DNA of 63,240 bases, counting the filler. It is 7 parts of 7 records of this genome, joined end to end, with 100 filler letters (N's around TTAATTAATTAA, not from the genome) between each part and the next. Parts side by side here need not be neighbours in the genome. Positions count along the whole stretch, not along the records: positions 33,239 to 44,392 come from DRR378314_2495; positions 44,493 to 50,990 come from DRR378314_2499; positions 51,091 to 57,860 come from DRR378314_2500; 4 more parts are not named here. One strand, given 5' to 3'. A model generated the notes under the pieces. That model saw nothing but the letters and a program-made list of their open reading frames with translations. It searched no databases and was not told the origin of the DNA. The translations under genes were made by a program, and so were the position numbers. Positions 43,381 through 52,361 of this stretch are shown here, piece after piece. Within the stretch, counting starts at the first letter, position 1. Each line of letters begins with the position of its first letter.

Positions 43381-44233
43381 CTATTTCCCGTCACGGTCTT
43401 GCAAAATGACATCGGAACACTGAATATATCGCTGCGCGAACTGTTCCAGCTGGTCAACCCCTCGCACGTCCGTGACTAGCATCGGCACAAACGCGACCTG
43501 CAGTGGAGCAGACGACAGTTCGCACGCAAGTGCAAGAACAGCGGGCGAAAACGCATCTGATGAACGTTTTGTGCAATGGACAAACTCCCGACAAAAAGAG
43601 AAGAAAATAACATGCTTGGATGCACAGCCAAAACGTACTACACGTAAGAAACGTAAACAGCTCAAAACAAAGGAGATAGCTTTCGACGACTAGCGCCCAC
43701 AAGCACGAAAAGTGAGCACCGCGCTGCCGTTTTTCGGAGGAAAATACCAGAAATACAGGATACCCCAGATCACAATTACGGCAAGCTGTGATAATTAGAA
43801 AGGCCATAAAGATGAGCAGCGTTGGGAAAAAGGAGCACTACCATATACGATACGCCATAATAGGACGCGATATCATAGTCTTGGGAACAGCAATCAGCAG
43901 CAGAACAGCAGACAACAGCCATCGAGAAGAGAATCGGGAAATCAGGCAAACATACGAAAAAAAAGAAGCACATCAACAGCACTTCCCTCCAAACATCAAT
44001 TAAAGGAACAGTAGCTTCACATCAAACAGCCACAAAATCCCACAATTTTCCTCCACACGGCCGTCCGTTTTCACATTCGGCAATCAGCGTACATGGAAAT
44101 CCTCGTAAAGCTCGCGAATCTGCTCAATATTGCGCTGCTGTTTCGCAATCAGCGCATCGAGTAGAGGCGACTTTCCGAATTCTCGCGCATCAAGAATCTG
44201 ATTCACCACCACATTGTGAACATCAATCTCACG
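43381..44233 (-). CDS. GET3: GET3/ASNA1 (ArsA-family ATPase), last two exons; 5' part beyond contig end
   Basis: Exon 44233-44093 REIDVHNVVVNQIL..KQQRNIEQIRELYEDFH splices in phase 0 to exon 43497-43381 VAFVPMLVTDVRGVDQLEQFAQ..; matches the Get3 pattern IDTHNIIVNQ..LYEDFH..EVRG. Confidence 0.88.
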
Positions 44234-44392
44234 CTGTCCAGAGAAAATAATAATAATGCAGAACACACAGAAAATGGAAAACATTCTTCAGCACGCGATA
44301 CGAAACATCGTCGCACAGGCTCGCGGTGTCCAGTCTCTTTCCAGTCGCGCGAACCGATGTGCAAGCGCAACGTGCACAGTGATCAAGACAAA

Positions 44393-44492
44393 NNNNNNNN
44401 NNNNNNNNNNNNNNNNNNNNNNNNNNNNNNNNNNNNTTAATTAATTAANNNNNNNNNNNNNNNNNNNNNNNNNNNNNNNNNNNNNNNNNNNN
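44393..44492. other. Artificial contig linker
   Basis: N44-TTAATTAATTAA-N44. Confidence 0.99.
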
Positions 44493-44611
44493 ATTCCTTG
44501 TTGGCGGCGCGGGACGGTGTCGTGGCTGAGGTTCTGGCGGTTGTCGGTGATCAGGTGGAAGCCGGTGCAGCGCTGGTCCGGCTGGAAGCAGAGGCGGAGG
44601 TGGCAGCATGA
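44493..44611 (+). CDS. mccA: C-terminal biotinyl domain of 3-methylcrotonyl-CoA carboxylase alpha subunit (partial)
   Basis: SLLAARDGVVAEVLAVVGDQVEAGAALVRLE..* is the segment after the biotin MKM motif; ATGA overlap with the next gene; leucine-catabolism context. Missed by the ORF track. Confidence 0.8.
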
Positions 44612-45273
44612 TCACCTTGCACCATTGTCCGCAGACCCGTTCGATGCGCACGCTTTGGCTGCTGAATGAGCTGGAAGTGGAATTTCAGGTCAGGTTCCAC
44701 GCCTTTGATCAGTCCTTGCGCGAACCGGAATACCTGAGCCTGTCGCCAGCGGGCCGGGTCCCTGCACTGGAGATCGACGGCGAGCGGATGTTCGAGACCG
44801 GCGCGATCACACAATATCTATGCGAGCGGTTTTCGCCGGACCGGATGGGACGTTCAAAGGACAGTATGGACCGTATGGCCTGGCTTGTCTGGGTGCATTT
44901 TGCCGAGACCCTCAGCCAGCATACGGCGGCGCTGACCCAGCAGCATGTGGCGCTGCGGGAGGATCACATGCGCTCTCCCATTGTGATGAAGCTGGAGGCA
45001 GCGCGGATCGGCAAATGTTATGATGCGATCGAGGCGCGGTTAAGCACTCCGGTCGAGAATCGCGACTATTTGCTGACCAGCGGTTTCTCGGCGGCGGATA
45101 TTTCTGTGGGGCAGGCGGTTTACATGTCGCGCTATTTCGTCAAGCTGGACCGGCATCCCGCGGTGGCGGAATGGTATGAGCGTATTTCCGAACGGCCGGG
45201 GTTTCAGCAATCCTTGCCGCAAGGGGACGGGATTTATACGCAGGATTTCTACGAACCCTGGCCAGTCGTTTGA
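44608..45273 (+). CDS. Glutathione S-transferase family protein
   Basis: TRSMRTLWLLNEL, SPAGRVPALEIDGERMFETGAI, FSAADISVG. Confidence 0.92.
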   Translation: MITLHHCPQTRSMRTLWLLNELEVEFQVRFHAFDQSLREPEYLSLSPAGRVPALEIDGERMFETGAITQYLCERFSPDRMGRSKDSMDRMAWLVWVHFAETLSQHTAALTQQHVALREDHMRSPIVMKLEAARIGKCYDAIEARLSTPVENRDYLLTSGFSAADISVGQAVYMSRYFVKLDRHPAVAEWYERISERPGFQQSLPQGDGIYTQDFYEPWPVV

Positions 45274-45322
45274 AGCGGCTGTTGCAATTGAGTTTATGGG
45301 CAAGATGAAGTTGGGGGGCATT

Positions 45323-46177
45323 ATGTCTTTGGGACCATGCGAGATTTTCGAGGTCGGACCGCGCGACGGTTTGCAGAATGAGGCCGGCGAAATTGCCGTG
45401 ACGGATAAGGTTGCCTTGGTTGACCGGTTGACCGACGCGGGGTTTCGGCGGATTGAATGTGCCAGTTTTGTATCCCCCAAATGGGTGCCACAGATGGCTG
45501 GTTCCGGGGAGGTAATGGCCGCGATCCGGCGCAAGGACGGGGTGCGTTATGCGGCGTTGACGCCCAACATGCGCGGGTTTGAGGATGCTTTGGCGGCTGG
45601 TGTGGATGAGGTGGCGGTTTTTGGATCTGCCTCGGAAGGGTTTTCGCAAAAGAACATCAACGCCAGCATTGCCGAGAGTCTGGCGCGCTTTGCGCCGATT
45701 TTGGAAGATGCGCGCCACCGCGATATTCCGGTGCGGGGTTATGTTTCCTGTGTGGTGGAATGCCCCTATGACGGGGCGGTGGCCCCGGCGGCAGTGGCAG
45801 AGGTGGCGGATAAGCTGTTTGCCATGGGCTGTTACGAGATTTCGCTGGGCGACACGATAGGCGCGGGCACACCCGACAGCATTGCCCGTATGTTGCTGGC
45901 GGTGCGGGATGTGGTGCCTGTGGGCCGTCTGGCAGGGCATTATCATGACACGCAGGGCCGTGCGATGGCCAATGTTGATGCCTCCCTGTCTTTGGGGGTG
46001 CGGGTGTTTGATGCGGCGGTGGGCGGCTTGGGCGGATGCCCCTATGCGCCGGGGTCGGCAGGGAATGTGGCGACAGAGGCAGTGAACGCGCATCTTAGCG
46101 CGCTTGGCTATGAGACCGGGCTGGATCAGGACGTTCTGGAACAGGCAGCCGGATTGGCGCAGGCGATGCGGGGCTGA
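45323..46177 (+). CDS. hmgL: Hydroxymethylglutaryl-CoA lyase (LiuE)
   Basis: EVGPRDGLQNE, SFVSPKWVPQM, EISLGDTIG, HYHDTQG, GGLGGCPYAPGSAGNVATE. Start trimmed to ATG 45323. Confidence 0.95.
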   Translation: MSLGPCEIFEVGPRDGLQNEAGEIAVTDKVALVDRLTDAGFRRIECASFVSPKWVPQMAGSGEVMAAIRRKDGVRYAALTPNMRGFEDALAAGVDEVAVFGSASEGFSQKNINASIAESLARFAPILEDARHRDIPVRGYVSCVVECPYDGAVAPAAVAEVADKLFAMGCYEISLGDTIGAGTPDSIARMLLAVRDVVPVGRLAGHYHDTQGRAMANVDASLSLGVRVFDAAVGGLGGCPYAPGSAGNVATEAVNAHLSALGYETGLDQDVLEQAAGLAQAMRG

Positions 46178-46180
46178 GAG

Positions 46181-46963
46181 ATGTTTGAGACAATAACGAT
46201 CGAGATTGATGCACGGGGTGTGGCGACCCTGACACTGGCGCGAGAAGACAAGCATAACGCCATGTCGGCGCAGATGCTGGCAGAGCTGACGCTGGCGGCG
46301 GCTGAGCTGGGCGCGGATGATGCGGTGCGGGTTGTCGTACTGACCGGCGCGGGGAAATCCTTCTGTGCTGGGGGTGATCTGGGTTGGATGCGGGATCAGC
46401 GCGACATGGACAGCGCAACGCGCGCCGCGGAAGCGGGCAAGCTCGCCACGATGCTGGGCGCATTGAACCGGCTGCCCAAACCGTTGATCGGTCGGGTGCA
46501 GGGCAATGCCTTTGGCGGCGGTGTCGGCATGGCCAGTGTTTGTGATGTGGCGGTGGGGGTGGAGAGCCTCAAAATGGGGCTGACCGAGACGCGGCTGGGG
46601 ATCATCCCGGCGACCATCGGACCTTATGTAATTGCACGGATGGGCGAGGGGCGGGCGCGGCGTGTCTTTATGTCGGGGCGGCTGTTCGGGGCGGCGGAAG
46701 CGGTTGAACTGGGCCTGTTGGCGAAAGCAGTGCCCGCCGAAGATCTGGACGCCGCAGTCGAGGCCGAAGTTGTACCCTATCTAAGTTGCGCGCCGGGGGC
46801 GGTTGCCGCGGCGAAAGCATTGGCCTTGGAATTGGGCGGGGCTGCGAGCCAAGAGGCCGTGGCGATGTCGATTGCCGCCTTGTCAGCCCGTTGGGAGACA
46901 GAAGAGGCTGCCGAGGGCATCGGCGCGTTCTTTGACAAACGCAAGGCGGCTTGGATGGTTTGA
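46181..46963 (+). CDS. liuC: Enoyl-CoA hydratase, likely methylglutaconyl-CoA hydratase
   Basis: Crotonase motifs FCAGGDL, AFGGGVG, LTETRLGIIPATIGPYV; operon context. Confidence 0.9.
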   Translation: MFETITIEIDARGVATLTLAREDKHNAMSAQMLAELTLAAAELGADDAVRVVVLTGAGKSFCAGGDLGWMRDQRDMDSATRAAEAGKLATMLGALNRLPKPLIGRVQGNAFGGGVGMASVCDVAVGVESLKMGLTETRLGIIPATIGPYVIARMGEGRARRVFMSGRLFGAAEAVELGLLAKAVPAEDLDAAVEAEVVPYLSCAPGAVAAAKALALELGGAASQEAVAMSIAALSARWETEEAAEGIGAFFDKRKAAWMV

Positions 46964-47087
46964 TGTGATTGTTCGGGGCATTGATGCATATGCACTTCGC
47001 GAAAAATTTGGCTCACCAAATCCTGCGGGAAGTCAAAGGTTCCACGCGTTGAGTGATGCTCAGTTGTCGCGGTTTCGTCGAAGTGCT

Positions 47088-47480
47088 TTAGGGTCGATTG
47101 CCAGAGAGCTTAGACGTGAACGGCGATAGAGGGCCACGGGCGCGGGTCATGACGGTTTTTGCAAAGGTCGGACTACTGACGGCGGCCTTGATCTCATCGT
47201 TGCTCATTAGGGTGTCCACCGAGATATCAAAAATATCTGTCAGAACTGTATAGCTGACGGTGAATTGAGCAGGCTCCAGTTGCGTCATGAAGGGGGCCAC
47301 AATGTTGCAAAAGCCGCGGTGACTTTCTTGTGGGTCACTGTCTTCGAAAAGCAGTACCCAAAGCGCAAACTCGTCATAGCTCTCTTGCAATTCGCCCTGC
47401 ACCTCGCACCAAAGACCGCCATCGTGCTGGCGCAAAGCTGCGATGACTTCTTGTTCAAGGAGCGCTTTGTCGGCTTTCAT
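47088..47480 (-). CDS. Hypothetical acidic protein (130 aa), candidate immunity protein
   Basis: AAAGGAAAG RBS and ATG at 47480, 13 nt after the stop of the putative effector; acidic, no signal peptide. Confidence 0.65.
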   Translation of the reverse strand: MKADKALLEQEVIAALRQHDGGLWCEVQGELQESYDEFALWVLLFEDSDPQESHRGFCNIVAPFMTQLEPAQFTVSYTVLTDIFDISVDTLMSNDEIKAAVSSPTFAKTVMTRARGPLSPFTSKLSGNRP

Positions 47481-47493
47481 ATGCTTTCCTTTG

Positions 47494-48033
47494 CTATCCG
47501 GTTGCGGGGCCATCGGGAGGTGGGCGTGTAGCCCAGTCTTCTGCGGCATCTCCGGCCATTTCCGGACATCCCAACTTGTCATATTCACGCATCAGTTTGG
47601 CTAGATTGCGTTGCTTTGCATCATATTGCATCAGATGTCCAACCCAGGACCCGATCTTGGCGCCGTCAATAAACAGAGCATCCTCAAGAGCATAGTGGTT
47701 CTGAAACAGATTGTGTTCGTCGCGCAGCATGTCATTCGCGCGCGATTGAAGTTCTTCAACCCGCTGCCGTATCTGGTCGCCCTTGTTGCGGCAATCGGGA
47801 TCCTCGCAGGTGGCACACCAGTCTGAGGTAGTGCGTTCTTCGGCGGTCGACTCCTCCTGCGCCTGCTCTGCGGCTTGATTGGCCGTGAGCACCGCAGTCC
47901 CTGCGGCGGCCGGGGCAGCAAGTTGCTCTGCGGCTTCGGCAAGCCGCCGAGCGGCCTGCAGCGCCCTGTAACCGCGGTATGCACGGTAACCGCGATACAG
48001 CCAGACACCGGCGACAACAGCGGGAAAAGCCAT
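47494..48033 (-). CDS. Putative polymorphic toxin / T6SS-type effector (179 aa)
   Basis: Hydrophobic/Arg-rich N-terminus, Ala-rich helix, acidic linker, CxxC..C, then a ~95-aa domain with SWxGHxxQ..C..WATRPPP. Function is inferred. Confidence 0.6.
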   Translation of the reverse strand: MAFPAVVAGVWLYRGYRAYRGYRALQAARRLAEAAEQLAAPAAAGTAVLTANQAAEQAQEESTAEERTTSDWCATCEDPDCRNKGDQIRQRVEELQSRANDMLRDEHNLFQNHYALEDALFIDGAKIGSWVGHLMQYDAKQRNLAKLMREYDKLGCPEMAGDAAEDWATRPPPDGPATG

Positions 48034-48035
48034 TG

Positions 48036-48386
48036 TTATATCTCAGCGCGATCAGAAATTTTGAATACTTCCAGAATTTCATCCAATGCGTGGTGCGGAT
48101 CAACGCCGGATTCAGTAAGCGCATCTTCGACAACCGGTTCAGTTAGCGCCTGGCCCCCCGTCGCGCGCACAAGGAAGGAGAAAAGGCACAGGCTGTTTTT
48201 CCAATGCAGGCCAAGTTGCCGACCACGATGATAGCTGTCGCGTGCTGTCGAAAGAGTTTCTTCATCGGTAAAGGGCGGGGCAGCGTCGGGCTCTAGCCGG
48301 TTAAGATAGGCGGCAATGTCACGGATCATCCTCTGGTCTTCAATCTCTTGAAAATCTGCCTTTTGCTGGGCTGAAATCTTCAACAA
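48036..48386 (-). CDS. Hypothetical helical protein resembling T6SS co-chaperone (co-TecT) / DUF4123 C-terminal extension
   Basis: AAAGGAG RBS then TTG at 48386 (the ORF-track start at 48446 is probably too long). Pattern MLKISAQQ..F..IE..R.I..I..YL...P....L....Y..G..LGL......F; stop is 2 nt before the effector ATG. Confidence 0.6.
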   Translation of the reverse strand: MLKISAQQKADFQEIEDQRMIRDIAAYLNRLEPDAAPPFTDEETLSTARDSYHRGRQLGLHWKNSLCLFSFLVRATGGQALTEPVVEDALTESGVDPHHALDEILEVFKISDRAEI

Positions 48387-48569
48387 GAGGTGCTCCTTTG
48401 GGGATTTGTTCGATCTTGCGGAAGTAGTTGGATCAAAAATTGACATCGCCGCCTGACGACTTGTCAGTAGGCTCTACCGAGAAATAAAGCTTACTCTCCC
48501 TAAAATTGCAACGTTGAAATCAACGGGGCGCGAAGCCCCATTACGCCGCCTTTTCCCATCGCCATCCCG

Positions 48570-48598
48570 TTGACCCTGTCGGCACTTGGGTTTAGACC
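48570..48598 (+). promoter_or_regulatory. Putative sigma70 promoter of the nuo operon
   Basis: TTGACC-N17-TAGACC, a Rhodobacterales-type -10 lacking the terminal T. Confidence 0.45.
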
Positions 48599-48664
48599 CA
48601 TTTTAACGTCTGTTATGCCGCCGCTCTGACGTGATCCGAGCGGCAAAGCCAAAAGGAGCCTCCC

Positions 48665-49030
48665 TTGGACGATATGCTGCGGGAATACCTGCCTATCCTT
48701 GTTTTTCTGGCTGTTGCCATCGGTTTGGGCCTCGTCCTGATCCTTGCAGCCGTGGTTCTGGCGGTGCGCAATCCGGACCCTGAAAAAGTGTCGGCTTATG
48801 AATGCGGGTTCAACGCCTTTGATGATGCGCGGATGAAATTCGATGTGCGCTTCTACTTGGTGTCAATTCTATTCATTATTTTCGACCTCGAAATCGCCTT
48901 TCTGTTCCCTTGGGCCGTCGCGTTTAAAGACATCTCTATGGTCGGGTTCTGGTCGATGATGGTGTTCCTTGGCGTGCTGACCGCAGGCTTTGCATATGAG
49001 TGGAAGAAAGGGGCGCTGGAATGGCAGTAA
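48665..49030 (+). CDS. nuoA: NADH-quinone oxidoreductase subunit A
   Basis: [50 protein letters not shown] start. Confidence 0.97.
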   Translation: MDDMLREYLPILVFLAVAIGLGLVLILAAVVLAVRNPDPEKVSAYECGFNAFDDARMKFDVRFYLVSILFIIFDLEIAFLFPWAVAFKDISMVGFWSMMVFLGVLTAGFAYEWKKGALEWQ

Positions 49031-49566
49031 CAGACGTAGGGGTTGCGGGCGGCTATTCCGCCGGAGCAGACCGCGAAGTTGCCACGCAAGAGCTGAACGC
49101 AGCTTTGCAGGACAAGGGTTTTCTGGTCACCTCCTCGGCGGATGTGATCAACTGGGCGCGCACCGGTTCGCTGCACTGGATGACCTTCGGGTTGGCCTGC
49201 TGTGCGGTTGAAATGATGCATACCTCCATGCCGCGCTATGACCTTGAACGGTTCGGGACCGCGCCACGTGCCTCCCCGCGCCAGTCGGATCTGATGATCG
49301 TGGCCGGTACGCTGACCAACAAAATGGCACCGGCTTTGCGCAAGGTCTATGACCAGATGCCAGAACCGCGCTATGTGATCTCTATGGGATCCTGTGCAAA
49401 TGGCGGTGGCTATTACCACTATTCCTACAGCGTTGTACGGGGCTGTGACCGGATCGTACCGGTCGACATCTACGTGCCCGGCTGCCCGCCCACGGCAGAG
49501 GCGTTGTTGTATGGCATCCTGCAATTGCAGAAAAAGATGCGCCGGACAGGGACAATCGTACGATGA
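49021..49566 (+). CDS. nuoB: NADH-quinone oxidoreductase subunit B
   Basis: [40 protein letters not shown] at 49021. Confidence 0.97.
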   Translation: MAVTDVGVAGGYSAGADREVATQELNAALQDKGFLVTSSADVINWARTGSLHWMTFGLACCAVEMMHTSMPRYDLERFGTAPRASPRQSDLMIVAGTLTNKMAPALRKVYDQMPEPRYVISMGSCANGGGYYHYSYSVVRGCDRIVPVDIYVPGCPPTAEALLYGILQLQKKMRRTGTIVR

Positions 49567-50171
49567 GTGACGCACTGAACGAACTGGGTGCCTATATCGA
49601 GGCGAAGCGTCCCGATTGTGTGCTGTCATGGGACGTCACCAAGGGTGAGCTGAACCTCAATGTCACGCTGGGCAATATTGCCGGGCTGGTGGATTTCCTG
49701 AAAGGCGATGCCACCTGCCGTTTCTCGACGCTCGTGGATATCACGGCGGTGGATTATGCGGGGCGGGCGAAACGTTTTGACGTGGTGTACCACCTGCTGA
49801 GCATGTACCAGAACCACCGCATCCGTCTGCGGGTTGCGGTGCGTGAAAAGGATATGGTGCCCTCGCTGGTCGATGTGCACCCGTCGGCCAACTGGTTCGA
49901 ACGCGAGATTTTCGACATGTTTGGTATCCTGTTTTCCGGCCATCCCGATTTGCGTCGTATCCTGACCGACTATGGTTTCCGCGGCTTCCCGCTGCGCAAG
50001 GACTTCCCGACCACGGGCTATACCGAGGTGCGTTATGACGAAGCGCAAAAGCGGGTGGTCTATGAACCGGTGTCACTGGTGCAGGAATACCGTCAGTTCG
50101 ACTTTATGTCACCATGGGAGGGGGCGGAGTACATCCTGCCCGGTGATGATAAAGCGGAAGGTGCCAAGTAA
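49563..50171 (+). CDS. nuoC: NADH-quinone oxidoreductase subunit C
   Basis: [33 protein letters not shown]. Confidence 0.97.
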   Translation: MSDALNELGAYIEAKRPDCVLSWDVTKGELNLNVTLGNIAGLVDFLKGDATCRFSTLVDITAVDYAGRAKRFDVVYHLLSMYQNHRIRLRVAVREKDMVPSLVDVHPSANWFEREIFDMFGILFSGHPDLRRILTDYGFRGFPLRKDFPTTGYTEVRYDEAQKRVVYEPVSLVQEYRQFDFMSPWEGAEYILPGDDKAEGAK

Positions 50172-50344
50172 TGGGCGGTTTCTGGTGGCTTGTGATGTCG
50201 GCGCTGACGGCGATCCCCATGCTGAAACTGTTGCCGCATTTCGGTATCAATAAATACTGGGCAGCGGTCTGTCTGATACCACTCGGCCCTGTGGCCCTGC
50301 TGTGGTGGATGGGCATGAAGCTGCAAGAATTGGAGAAGCTATGA
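50171..50344 (+). CDS. 57-aa two-TM membrane protein inside the nuo operon
   Basis: [62 protein letters not shown] overlap with nuoC. Below the ORF-track cutoff. Confidence 0.75.
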   Translation: MGGFWWLVMSALTAIPMLKLLPHFGINKYWAAVCLIPLGPVALLWWMGMKLQELEKL

Positions 50345-50460
50345 TTGACCTTCTTGAAGAGATGATAGCCAAGCTGTTTGGTCAGCGTCAGGAGCAGCCC
50401 ATTCGCGTTGCCGCGGATGAAGAGCGGCCAGTGGACAAGCAGTTGAAGGGGCGGAAATAA
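50341..50460 (+). CDS. 39-aa small protein inside the nuo operon
   Basis: [50 protein letters not shown] overlap upstream and TAATG overlap with nuoD. Confidence 0.65.
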   Translation: MIDLLEEMIAKLFGQRQEQPIRVAADEERPVDKQLKGRK

Positions 50461-50990
50461 TGGACGGCGATATTCGCGTGAACACCTATGATGACGGTTC
50501 GACAGATGCCGTCACGGGTGAACAGAGGATCCGTAACTTCAACATCAACTTTGGCCCGCAGCACCCTGCGGCCCACGGTGTTTTGCGTCTGGTGCTTGAG
50601 CTGGACGGCGAGATCGTAGAGCGTTGCGACCCGCATATCGGTCTGCTGCACCGCGGCACTGAAAAGCTGATGGAGAGCCGGACGTACCTGCAAAACCTGC
50701 CGTACTTCGACCGGCTGGATTATGTGGCCCCGATGAATCAGGAACATGCCTGGTGCTTGGCGATCGAGAAACTGACGGACACGGTTGTGCCGCGTCGTGC
50801 CAGCCTGATCCGCGTGTTGTTCTGTGAAATCGGTCGTGTTCTCAACCACTTGCTGAACGTCACGACGCAGGCGCTGGACGTGGGCGCACTGACCCCGCCG
50901 CTTTGGGGCTTTGAAGAGCGCGAACAGCTGATGGTCTTCTACGAACGCGTCTGCGGTGCCCGTCTGCACGCGGCCTATTTCCGCCCCGGC
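50460..50990 (+). CDS. nuoD: NADH-quinone oxidoreductase subunit D, truncated by contig end
   Basis: [46 protein letters not shown]. Confidence 0.97.
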
Positions 50991-51090
50991 NNNNNNNNNN
51001 NNNNNNNNNNNNNNNNNNNNNNNNNNNNNNNNNNTTAATTAATTAANNNNNNNNNNNNNNNNNNNNNNNNNNNNNNNNNNNNNNNNNNNN
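50991..51090. other. Artificial contig linker
   Basis: N44-TTAATTAATTAA-N44. Confidence 0.99.
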
Positions 51091-51100
51091 AATGCTGCAG

Positions 51101-51787
51101 AGCTGCCGTACAACGACTACTTTGAGTATTATGGACCTGACTTCAAGCTGCAGATTCAACCCTCCAATATGGAGAACCTCAACTCGCGCGACTACATCGA
51201 GAATGTGACGTCGAAGTTGTTCGAGTACCTCCGTCGCGTCGATCATCGTCCTTCTGTCCAGATGCACGATCGCGCCCCGGATGGGCTGAAATCCGATGCG
51301 CACGACATTGAGGACGAGCGTGATCCGGATGTGCGCAAGTCAGGTGCGGCGCGTACTTGCCGTTATCCTTCCGCCGCTGTGGCGTGTGCTCGCAACGTCA
51401 TTCTCTCTCACTCACGTACATGCGCACACTCTCTCTGTGTGTATGTCTCTTTTTCTCCGCGTGTACGGCGGTGCACGGTGAAGCGTGGGCTCCGCGCTGG
51501 GGCTCTGCGCGTGTCTGATCGTCTCCAACTTTTGTGTATGTCGGTTACTTGTGCGCCGCTGTGCTGCAGAGGCGGATCTTGACCGCGCCGTGGTGCGCGA
51601 TCGCGACGCCGCGTACGAGAGCGACGACGAGGCCGACACGCCGCAGCACGAGCGCAGCCGTCTGCCGCGCGACGAGCAGGTCCTCAGCACGGAGCCGGCA
51701 CGCGCGCGTCCGCCAATGAGCATCATGGACGGCGCGCAGCCCGCAGAGGAGAAGGACGACGAGGTGCTCCCGGACGCCGCCGCGTAG
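51101..51787 (+). CDS. Class I histone deacetylase (RPD3/HDAC1-like), last two exons
   Basis: Exon 51101-51343 (E)LPYNDYFEYYGPDFKLQIQPSNMENLNS..PSVQM..DPDVRKS; exon 51570-51787 with acidic YESDDE tail. Confidence 0.92.
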
Positions 51788-52361
51788 GCGCTTCCGTACA
51801 GGCGCGTACTCTGTTCTCTTCAGATACGTGGCGGCCCCCATTGCGTACGTTTCGCGATCGGTCGACGCGCGTGCTGCTCGTTCTCTTGCGTCACTCGCCG
51901 CTGCTGTCGGCACTGCCGGTCGCGATAGTCTGCTGCTCGCGGTCCGCCTGCGCGTTGCCATTCGTCCCACTAGCGCACTCGACGCAGCGATAGTGCACGC
52001 GTTTCGCGTGCATCGTTCCATAATGTTTTCTGTCTTTGCAAGGAATAAATCATTGTTCTGCTTTGTATCTGCATGCGAAGCATTGCTCCCCAGTCCAGCA
52101 CCGCAACCTCGTTTCGCTGACGAGGTAACACGGCGCTCGCTCCGGGCGGGTGGTGGGAACGGGGGGGGACAATATTAGCCCTATATTGTTAACCTTTCTC
52201 TCTCTGCCACGAAAACGCACAGTGCCAGTGATGTTACATTACAACCTAGTACGTGGACCTTTAGTATTGGCGCAGCGCTGCCTGAGCGCCGCCGCCCGCT
52301 CGCTCCGCCCAACGCGGCCTCGCAGAACCTGCCTGCTGCGCTCCGCCGCCGAGTCCTGCGA

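Noticed and set aside
45140-46255. 371-aa minus-strand ORF over hmgL
   Set aside because: Antisense shadow of a GC3-rich gene; no motif.
46964-48664. Mobile-element boundaries (inverted repeats, target duplication, integrase, tRNA) around the toxin cassette
   Set aside because: None found by eye; insertion is inferred only from context and composition.
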